IMG/VR virus record: IMGVR_UViG_3300038455_000034
Location: 1-54,415 of that record
Strand: one strand, 5' to 3'
Source of the DNA: a virus
DNA length: 54,415 nt
Positions within the stretch are counted from its first letter, which is position 1, and each line of letters opens with the position of its first letter. The notes beneath the pieces were generated by a model that was given only the letters and a program-made list of their open reading frames with translations, did no database searches and had not been told where the DNA came from. A program made the translations under genes and the position numbers. This document shows, in pieces, positions 1 through 6,892 of this stretch.

Positions 1-127
1 TGGTTGCCAACAATGCCACGACAACCGTCGATGGCAAGACTGTGACGCTGGCTGTTTCGTCGCGCGCTCTCACTGGAGGAACCATCGCAGGAACGCAGAA
101 GATCATGGCTCACGGTGATACTGTAAC
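1..127. repeat. Terminal redundancy identical to 54289..54415 (circular-closure overlap)
   Basis: Read directly. tggttgccaacaatgcc...cacggtgatactgtaac is present at both window ends, 127/127 identical. Confidence 0.95.
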
Positions 128-200
128 GGGCTGTACCGGGTCGGGCACGACGGCGACCCTGACCATTGTTGACCACGTTGTCACCATTGCCCTCAGCTAA
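1..200 (+). CDS. 3' end of the wrap-around structural gene that starts at 53283 (putative capsid-surface / decoration protein)
   Basis: The frame is continuous with 53283.. when the 54288-bp unit (divisible by 3) is circularised. Stop TAA is at 198-200. Confidence 0.75.
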   Translation, partial: VANNATTTVDGKTVTLAVSSRALTGGTIAGTQKIMAHGDTVTGCTGSGTTATLTIVDHVVTIALS

Positions 201-212
201 GGAGAGCTATCC

Positions 213-710
213 ATGGCGTTGACGATCGAAGACGGCAGCGGAGTGGCAGGGGCAAATAGCTACGTCTCGGTCGTCAACGCTCAGGCTTGGGTAACAGCGC
301 GTGGTATCATCGTCACGATGACTGAGGCGCTGTTGCTCAAGGCCATGGACTATCTAGAATCGCTGCGCGCCGAATACCAGGGCACGAAGACAGACTCTGC
401 CCAGGCCCTCCAGTGGCCGCGTGCTGGGGTGTACATTGACGGGACGTTGATTGATGACGATGTAATCCCGACGGAGTTGATCGCGGCGCAATGCCAGCTC
501 GCCTGCGACGCCTACACGATCTCGCTGCTACCGAGCGGGGACGGCCGCGAGGTGGTTAGCGAGTCCTACGCCAAGGGCGTTGTCGCAAAGACCTACTCAC
601 CCGGAAGCGGCGGGACCGCGCGTCCGAAGCTGCGGGCCGCTGACGCGTTTCTGGCGCCACTGCTCAACTCCGCCTTGACCGGCGGCTTCCTGACCACGGT
701 GCGGGTATGA
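213..710 (+). CDS. Head-tail adaptor/connector protein (gp6-like, DnaT-like N-terminus)
   Basis: 165-aa ORF with RBS aaggag 8 nt upstream. The N-terminal EDGSGVAGANSYVS..AQAW motif is typical of phage head-tail adaptors. It lies just after the capsid genes. Confidence 0.6.
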   Translation: MALTIEDGSGVAGANSYVSVVNAQAWVTARGIIVTMTEALLLKAMDYLESLRAEYQGTKTDSAQALQWPRAGVYIDGTLIDDDVIPTELIAAQCQLACDAYTISLLPSGDGREVVSESYAKGVVAKTYSPGSGGTARPKLRAADAFLAPLLNSALTGGFLTTVRV

Positions 711-1102
711 GTATCGGGACCGAATCCGCTGCATCGGTTGCCGGTGGGATCACCGCAGAAAACGGCGCGGTCTCGCTGACGTTCTCGCGCAAAACCCTCA
801 CGTCGGTCTCGGCCGGAGAGCCAACCTTCGGCGCCCCTACGACCGCCACGGGATACGCGTTCGTCCTACCACCGTCGGAGGGCCAGAATATGCCGGCCGC
901 GTGGGGCAAGGGCCTACAGAGCGCTTCTCTCGCCGGTGCCGAGCTGGCGTTTCTTTGGGTGGCCGCGCGAGACATGGCGTTTGCGCCGCGTGCGCTGGAC
1001 ACTGTGAGCATCAGCGGGGCGACCTGGCAGGTGCTCGGCTGCGATCCGTATTCTCTCGGCGGCGTGGATCTCTGCTACGCCGTGGGGGTGCAGAAGCAAT
1101 GA
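707..1102 (+). CDS. Head-closure / head-tail joining protein (putative)
   Basis: 131-aa ORF with an ATGA overlap to the upstream stop. Call rests on size, position and the C-terminal ..ISGATWQVLGCDP.. pattern. Confidence 0.5.
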   Translation: MSIGTESAASVAGGITAENGAVSLTFSRKTLTSVSAGEPTFGAPTTATGYAFVLPPSEGQNMPAAWGKGLQSASLAGAELAFLWVAARDMAFAPRALDTVSISGATWQVLGCDPYSLGGVDLCYAVGVQKQ

Positions 1103-1521
1103 GCTACGCCGAGCAAGTCGCGTCTGGCGGGGCCGCGCTCATCGACACGACGATGCAGATTCTGCGCATCGCAACCGGAAACCTATGCGACAACGTCGTG
1201 GACCGGACGCCCGTGCTTACCGGCAACCTACAAGCGCACTGGCAGGGCGTGATCGAGGCCGGCGATATCGAAGCGTCACCGGTCGAGGGATCGATCGCGA
1301 TCGGCATCTCGCCAGCATCGACCACGAGGGCGAACGTGCGCGCCGTGATCGAGCGCTGGGATGGCTTCCGCCCGTTTTTCCTCTACAATCCCGTAGTGTA
1401 CGGGCCGCGCATCGAATATGATGGGTGGTCAGCCAAGGCTCCCGATGGCATGGTGCGAATCTCGGCCGCCCTGTGGCCTTTCTTCGTGCGGGACGCTGCC
1501 CGCGAAGTGGGAGGCGAGTGA
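1100..1521 (+). CDS. HK97 gp10-like neck / tail-completion protein
   Basis: Internal ATG 1100 of ORF 901..1521 makes an ATGA overlap with the upstream stop. The segment DRTPVLTGNLQAHW resembles the HK97 gp10 family motif. Confidence 0.55.
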
Positions 1522-1946
1522 TGGCCTCGATCAAAGACGTCGAGGACGCGATCGAGGCCAGGGCGAAGTCCGGTATCACTGCGATCGATGGCACCGTTCC
1601 CATCGACTACGACAACATCGATTTTCAGAGCGGCTCAGGCGCGGCAAAGTGGGCGCTTCCGCGATGGCTACAGAGCGCACGACGGTGCGGAACTCTCGGG
1701 CCAAGCGGCAATGACAAAGTCATAGGCGTCTATCAGATCACCATGGCTTACCCGACCAACAGCGGCACCAAGACGGCGAGGACCGACATCGGGACGCTTG
1801 AGAGCTACTTCAAAATCGCGTCGTCGCTATCGTCGAACGGCCAGGCTCTCACGATCACCGGAACCGATGCGTCGCCTGGCCGCACCGTGGACAATTCCTA
1901 CCGTAGAACCCTAACTGTGTATTTCGAGGCCGAAGTAGCTCGTTGA
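1521..1946 (+). CDS. Tail terminator-like protein (putative)
   Basis: ATG 1521 shares one base with the upstream TGA (tgATG). About 141 aa, positioned directly before the tail tube gene. Confidence 0.45.
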   Translation: MASIKDVEDAIEARAKSGITAIDGTVPIDYDNIDFQSGSGAAKWALPRWLQSARRCGTLGPSGNDKVIGVYQITMAYPTNSGTKTARTDIGTLESYFKIASSLSSNGQALTITGTDASPGRTVDNSYRRTLTVYFEAEVAR

Positions 1947-1962
1947 ACGAAAGGATCTCACC

Positions 1963-2880
1963 ATGGCAACTGGCGCAACAGCACGACTCGCATTCGCACC
2001 CGAAGTCTCATATGGGGTCGCCATCGTGGCGCCTGCCTTTGAGACCATCGTCTACAACCAGGGTGGGCCGATGCTCAAGGTCGGCACGCTCGACGACAAC
2101 GCGATTCGAGGCGACCGACATCGCCAGGGCACGCGAACCGGCGCGCACGACGCCTCGGGCGACATCCAGGTTAACACGCGCTATGGCGCCTACGATACGA
2201 TTCTGCAGGCCCTCACTTGCGGGACGTGGACCGACAATGTGCTCGGAGTCGGCATAACCCGGCGGTCGTTTCTCTGCGAACAGCATTTCGCCTCAGGCAT
2301 CTCGGACAAGCCCTACGCATTCACGCCGGGATGGGTGTGGAATAAGGCATCTTTCCAGGCTAACGCGAACGGCATCTTCACTGCCACGTTCGGAGGGTTC
2401 GGACGGACTACCACTGGAGCAGCGTCGGCTATCGCTAGTTCGACCTATGGCGATGCCTCAACAAGCAAGATGTTTACGGCCTTCGACGGCACGGTCACGG
2501 CTGGCTCTAGCGTTCTCGCCAACGTGACGGCCTTCTCGCTCGACATCGACAACGGCCTGACCCCCCGAAGCGTCGTCGGCAGCAAGCTGTCGTTGGAGCC
2601 AGACCTGGCCCGCTGCAAGGTCAGCGGCTCGCTGGAGCTGTGGTTCACAGACAACGCCCTGATCGACAGTTTCCGCGGCGAGGCCGAGGACTCACTGTCC
2701 TTCGCGATGACCGACCCAGACGGGAACGCTCTGACCATCGCGCTGCCGGCCCTGCTTTACACCGCCGGCTCGCCCGAGGTGTCGGGCGACGGTTCGATTC
2801 CGGTGAAGATGACCTTCGAGGCGTACTTCGACGCCGATACCGAGGAATCGATCACGTTCACCCGCGACCCGGCAGCGTAA
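1963..2880 (+). CDS. Major tail tube protein
   Basis: 305-aa ORF with RBS aaagga. It lies between the neck genes and the chaperone/tape-measure pair. N-terminus ..FAPEVSYGV.. is tail-tube like. Confidence 0.65.
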   Translation: MATGATARLAFAPEVSYGVAIVAPAFETIVYNQGGPMLKVGTLDDNAIRGDRHRQGTRTGAHDASGDIQVNTRYGAYDTILQALTCGTWTDNVLGVGITRRSFLCEQHFASGISDKPYAFTPGWVWNKASFQANANGIFTATFGGFGRTTTGAASAIASSTYGDASTSKMFTAFDGTVTAGSSVLANVTAFSLDIDNGLTPRSVVGSKLSLEPDLARCKVSGSLELWFTDNALIDSFRGEAEDSLSFAMTDPDGNALTIALPALLYTAGSPEVSGDGSIPVKMTFEAYFDADTEESITFTRDPAA

Positions 2881-2904
2881 CCATCACGAAGGAGCAACCC
2901 CGCA

Positions 2905-3348
2905 ATGAAGATGGCAGAGCTTTTCACGCGCGAGAAGGCCGAGGACGGGATCAAGATTCCGATCTTCACGCGAACGGGCGAGCCCACCGATCAATGGCTG
3001 ATCGTTCGCGGGGTTCTCTCGTCTCAATACCGGCAGGCCAGCGACGAATGGGAGCGTCGCTGGATGCGGTCCATGGTTGAGGAGACCATCGACCCGAAGG
3101 CGGAGCGCAAGCCCATGCGGGACCCTCGGCCGGCGACGTTGGTCAAGGCGTGGAGTCTCGAAGATGAGTGCACTCCGGAAGCGGTGGCGGCACTGATGTG
3201 GGAGGCTCCCCAAATTGCCGACGTTGTCATGGGAGTGGCAGCAGACCGCAAACGTTTTTACGGGAGCGCTCCGCCGTCTACCTCGACTGGGTCGGAACCG
3301 AATGCCAGCTCGACCGAGAGTCCACCCCAGGATCAGGTCAAACCCTAA
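2905..3348 (+). CDS. Tail assembly chaperone (gpG-like)
   Basis: 147-aa acidic ORF with RBS gaaggag, immediately upstream of the tape measure. Confidence 0.65.
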   Translation: MKMAELFTREKAEDGIKIPIFTRTGEPTDQWLIVRGVLSSQYRQASDEWERRWMRSMVEETIDPKAERKPMRDPRPATLVKAWSLEDECTPEAVAALMWEAPQIADVVMGVAADRKRFYGSAPPSTSTGSEPNASSTESPPQDQVKP

Positions 3349-3746
3349 GACAGTCGCTGCATCTGCTATGGAAACAGCGCGGCCAGAAACCCAAGCAGCT
3401 CGAGGGGCCGGAATGTCCCGGGGAACTGCGCTACGTCTGGGAGTGGTATCTACAGCTCTACTCGAACGAGGTGGCCGCCATCTCGCCCACGGGTGCTGTT
3501 CTGACCAAGCCATTGACCTGGCAGGAAATCGGCGCATGGTCCGAGATGACGGGCACCGTCCTATTGCCATGGGAGGCCGAGCTACTGAGACAAACTGACC
3601 GTGTCCGCCGCGCTGCCCTATCTGGAGTGCAACGAAATGAACACAGCAACCCTAGTCCTGCAGGTCAACAGCGACGGCCTCGTCAAGGCGAAGGAACGCC
3701 AGCTCGCCCTAGTGGAAAGCTCTCAAAAGGTCGAGGCGGCAAGTGA
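3339..3746 (+). CDS. -1 frame extension of the tail chaperone (gpT-like part of a G-T fusion)
   Basis: The -1 frame is open across the gpG stop and encodes protein-like sequence (..LHLLWKQRGQKPKQLEGPECPGELRYVWEWYLQLYS..LTWQEIGAWSEMTGTVLLPWEAELLRQ). There is no ATG/GTG/TTG start of its own. The +1 frame is Arg/Ala junk. The slip site is not determined. Confidence 0.45.
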   Translation, partial: QTLRQSLHLLWKQRGQKPKQLEGPECPGELRYVWEWYLQLYSNEVAAISPTGAVLTKPLTWQEIGAWSEMTGTVLLPWEAELLRQTDRVRRAALSGVQRNEHSNPSPAGQQRRPRQGEGTPARPSGKLSKGRGGK

Positions 3747-6396
3747 GAAGCTGGCGGCTAAGGCTGAGCGTGCAGCAGAGCGCGAATATCAGGCATATCT
3801 GAAGGCAGAGCAGAAGGGAATCGAAGCGCGCCAGCGCGAGACGGCGCAAACTGAGAGAGAGTACCAGAAGCGCCAGGCCGCATACGAGAGAATGTGGCTG
3901 TCAGCTGAGCAGACACGCGCAAGGGCGGAGGCGAAAGAGCTGGCCGCTTCGATGAAGCGCGTCAAGACGGAGGCTAGGGTCGCTGAAGCGGTAACTGCGG
4001 CCAATGCCGCGAAACTGGCATCTGTGCAGCGAGAATTGATGACCGAAGAGCAGCTTATCCGAGCTTCGGAGGCCAAACGCAGAGCCGTTATTCTGGAAAG
4101 CACGGCCGTCACGGAAGCACAGCGCTCTGAGCTGATGCGTCTTAGCGCAGCTAAGACGAACGCCCAGCTCGCCGCGCTGCCGAGCGTCCGTGGTGCCGGA
4201 GGCCTCGCCGGGGCGCTTGGACCAATGGCTGGGATGGTCGGGGGCTTGGCCGGAGCCGCCGGGTTTACCATGGCGGCGCGTGAGGTGCTGAACGTCACGC
4301 GAGAGTTCGACAAGCTCAACGCATCGCTGGTCACGGTCACGGGTAGCCAGCACGCTGCAAACTACGCGTTTGAGGCCCTGCAAGACCTAGCCTTGAAGAC
4401 TCCGTTCACCTTGCGAAGCGCAACCGACATGTTCGTCCAGCTTCGCAACATGGGGCTCGATCCGTCAGTGCGCGCCATGACGGCCTACGGTGACATGGCG
4501 GCTGCTTTCGGAACCAACCTTGACCACATGATGTTGGCGATCGGAGACGCCACGGTCGGCATCATGCGGCCGCTCAAGCAGTACGGCATCATTGCGCATC
4601 AGGAGGGCGACAAGGTCAAGTTCTCGTTCCGTGGCGTGACGACCGAAGTGGCCAGGGATGCGGTCGAGATCGAGAAGTACCTGCTCCGCCTCGCTGAGAA
4701 CAACTTTGCGGGTGCCATGGCCAATCGGATGAAGACGCTCGACGGTGCCATCTCGAACCTTGCGGATGCGTGGGACAAGTTTGCGCTGTCATTCGCTCGT
4801 AGCGGAGCGGAAGACGATATGCGGAAGTTCGTGGAAAGCGTCAGTACCTGGATGGGACATGCGGCTGCGGCCATAGCCCAGCACGGGAAGACAGCATGGG
4901 AGGCGTGGAAGTGGACGGCGAAGATCGCCGGATTCATCCCCAACCCGACGAAGCTCCTGTCCTTCGGTGCAAAGAAATCGGCCGAGGCTATACAGGAAGC
5001 CGACCTGTGGGGAACAGGCGCCGCCCAGAGCTATCAGGAAAAGGCGCAGCAGCAGGAGAAGGAGGCTACTGACGCGCTTGCCAAGTTCCGCCGCGACAAT
5101 GCCGTTCGCTGGGCAGAACAGACCGCCAAGGACATGGCGGAGATCGACAAGTACCTGGGCGGCAAGGAAAAGAAGATCGGAGACGAGGCCAACGAGCTGA
5201 TTGCGAAGGCCGAAAAGCGCATTGAAGATGACCAGGAGAGGCGAGTGGTTGTCAACCGGATCATCGAGAAGGCACAGAATGAGCTGCTTGAGAAGGGCGA
5301 ATGGCCGGATAAGAAAAAGAAAAAACACGGTGAGTATGATCCTGGAATCGCCGAGCCGGAATCAGGATTCGACCGATACCGCGAGATGAAGCGACGGGAG
5401 GTGGACGCTGTCCGCGAAAGCGTCGCCAGGAAAGAAGATTCAGCGCGTGAGTTCTACGAATACAACAAGGCGGTGCTTGAGGCGTCCAACAGGGACGAGA
5501 CCGAGGCACTCAGGCAGAACGAGCTGATATGGGCGGCTCACTTGGCGAAGATCGCCGAGGATAAGCGGAAGGCCAACGAACACGCACTCCGGGAAGAGGC
5601 GTCCTACCGCAAGCGGCTGTGGGAATTCGGCAAGGTCCCATCTGAGCTAGAGATGATTAACCGCAAGTTTGCCGGGCAGCGTGAAGACCTGAACGAGCTG
5701 GTCAGGCGGCGCATGGAGGGTGATCGTTCGAACCCATTCGAGACGCCGGATCAGTTGCAGGTGCAGCGTGACTTGGCAGCAAGATCGGTCGAAATAGAGC
5801 GCGAGCGCATCCGAGAGATCTCGGCTCTGCAGATGCAGTACACGCAGAACGCAATCACTAGCAGTGAGGCTATGTTTGGTAGCCTCGCCACCGCGGCGAA
5901 GAACTGGAAGGGCGAGACGAGCAGAGAATACGCTGCTCTCTTTGCTATCCAGAAGGGCTTCGCTGTCGCAAGCGCCGGCCTCAACATGGCCAAGGCGTTG
6001 TCCGAGGCAAGCGCCGCTTCGCCCTGGTACGCCAAGATCCCGGCCATGGCCTCGGCGATGGCTGACGCGGCCCGCATCGTCGCGATGATCTCGTCGGCAA
6101 ACTACTCGGGCGCCATGGACGCAGGCGGAGACATTCCATACGGCAGCATGGCCCTCGTCGGCGAGCGCCGCCCCGAGCTGGTGACGCGTCCAAGCCTGGT
6201 CGCAGGCCCGGCGCACATAACGAGCGGCGCCGAGACGGCCCGCATGATGTCCGGCGGTGGCGCCGCCCCCGTCGTGAACGTCCGCGTGATGCCGGTGGCA
6301 ACGGATATGAACCGCTACCGCAGCTCTAGTCGCAGCGAGCACGTCATCGGGATGACGATTCAGAAGCACCCCGAGCTTCTGAGGATCGGGGGATGA
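3637..6396 (+). CDS. Tape measure protein
   Basis: 919 aa from ATG 3637 (alternative GTG 3601). It has long coiled-coil segments and a conserved tape-measure core (..LNASLVTVTGSQHAANYAFEALQDLALKTPFTL..). It is the longest gene after the chaperone. Confidence 0.9.
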   Translation: MNTATLVLQVNSDGLVKAKERQLALVESSQKVEAASEKLAAKAERAAEREYQAYLKAEQKGIEARQRETAQTEREYQKRQAAYERMWLSAEQTRARAEAKELAASMKRVKTEARVAEAVTAANAAKLASVQRELMTEEQLIRASEAKRRAVILESTAVTEAQRSELMRLSAAKTNAQLAALPSVRGAGGLAGALGPMAGMVGGLAGAAGFTMAAREVLNVTREFDKLNASLVTVTGSQHAANYAFEALQDLALKTPFTLRSATDMFVQLRNMGLDPSVRAMTAYGDMAAAFGTNLDHMMLAIGDATVGIMRPLKQYGIIAHQEGDKVKFSFRGVTTEVARDAVEIEKYLLRLAENNFAGAMANRMKTLDGAISNLADAWDKFALSFARSGAEDDMRKFVESVSTWMGHAAAAIAQHGKTAWEAWKWTAKIAGFIPNPTKLLSFGAKKSAEAIQEADLWGTGAAQSYQEKAQQQEKEATDALAKFRRDNAVRWAEQTAKDMAEIDKYLGGKEKKIGDEANELIAKAEKRIEDDQERRVVVNRIIEKAQNELLEKGEWPDKKKKKHGEYDPGIAEPESGFDRYREMKRREVDAVRESVARKEDSAREFYEYNKAVLEASNRDETEALRQNELIWAAHLAKIAEDKRKANEHALREEASYRKRLWEFGKVPSELEMINRKFAGQREDLNELVRRRMEGDRSNPFETPDQLQVQRDLAARSVEIERERIREISALQMQYTQNAITSSEAMFGSLATAAKNWKGETSREYAALFAIQKGFAVASAGLNMAKALSEASAASPWYAKIPAMASAMADAARIVAMISSANYSGAMDAGGDIPYGSMALVGERRPELVTRPSLVAGPAHITSGAETARMMSGGGAAPVVNVRVMPVATDMNRYRSSSRSEHVIGMTIQKHPELLRIGG

Positions 6397-6445
6397 CGTG
6401 ACTACACAACGATCGTCCCCCACAAACCGATAAGGAGAAACCCAA

Positions 6446-6844
6446 ATGAAGATCACAGTCGCTCGAAGAAACGCTCAACTGGACAACCTATGCGCCGCAC
6501 TGAACAGCGGATACCTCCGCATCTACAGCGGCACCAAGCCCGCCGACGCCGATACGGGTCTATCTGGCAATACCCTACTGGCTGAGCTGACATTCGGCTC
6601 GACAGCGTTTGGGGCGGCATCGGGGGGCGTTGCGACGGCGAATGCCATCACCCAAGACAGTGCCGCGAACGCGACCGGAACTGCAACATTCGCGCGGCTC
6701 TTCGCATCGAACGGCTCGACGGCGATCACTGACATCACGGTCGGGGCCTCGGGTGCGGAGCTGAATTTGTCGACGGTGTCGATCGTGCAGGACGTGATCG
6801 TGCAGGTCACCTCGCTGACGATCACTCAGCCGGACGGGACATAA
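6446..6844 (+). CDS. Small conserved tail-associated protein, function unknown
   Basis: 132-aa ORF with strong RBS taaggag. It has an internal two-fold pattern (..GYLRIYSGTKP..ATGTATFARLF..). Confidence 0.6.
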   Translation: MKITVARRNAQLDNLCAALNSGYLRIYSGTKPADADTGLSGNTLLAELTFGSTAFGAASGGVATANAITQDSAANATGTATFARLFASNGSTAITDITVGASGAELNLSTVSIVQDVIVQVTSLTITQPDGT

Positions 6845-6856
6845 GCACACTCAGCA

Positions 6857-6883
6857 GCGGCCACGACTCGCAGCCGTGGCCGC
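6857..6883 (+). promoter_or_regulatory. Intergenic GC hairpin (9-bp stem) between tail genes
   Basis: gcggccacg (6857-6865) pairs with cgtggccgc (6875-6883). There is no U-tract, so this may be an attenuator or processing site. Confidence 0.3.
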
Positions 6884-6892
6884 GGTGCCACC

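Noticed and set aside
1-127. Biological direct terminal repeat / LTR
   Set aside because: The length is exactly 127 nt with 100 % identity, and a gene reads in frame across the junction. An assembly overlap of a circular or permuted genome is more parsimonious. It stays testable with reads (see findings).
901-1521. Long forms of track ORFs (901..1521, 1425..1946, 9337..10614, 10557..14147, 14111..17173, 19757..20566, 19999..20949, 29284..30240, 29805..30743, 39039..40802, 40498..41640, 44952..45896)
   Set aside because: The N-terminal extensions overlap the preceding gene in another frame and are Arg-rich. In each case an internal ATG or GTG that overlaps or abuts the upstream stop, or follows a clear RBS, gives the coherent protein.
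3215-3598. +1-frame ORF (127 aa) as the tail-chaperone extension
   Set aside because: Its translation is Arg/Ala/Gly junk, whereas the -1 frame gives a Trp-rich protein-like sequence resembling known chaperone extensions.
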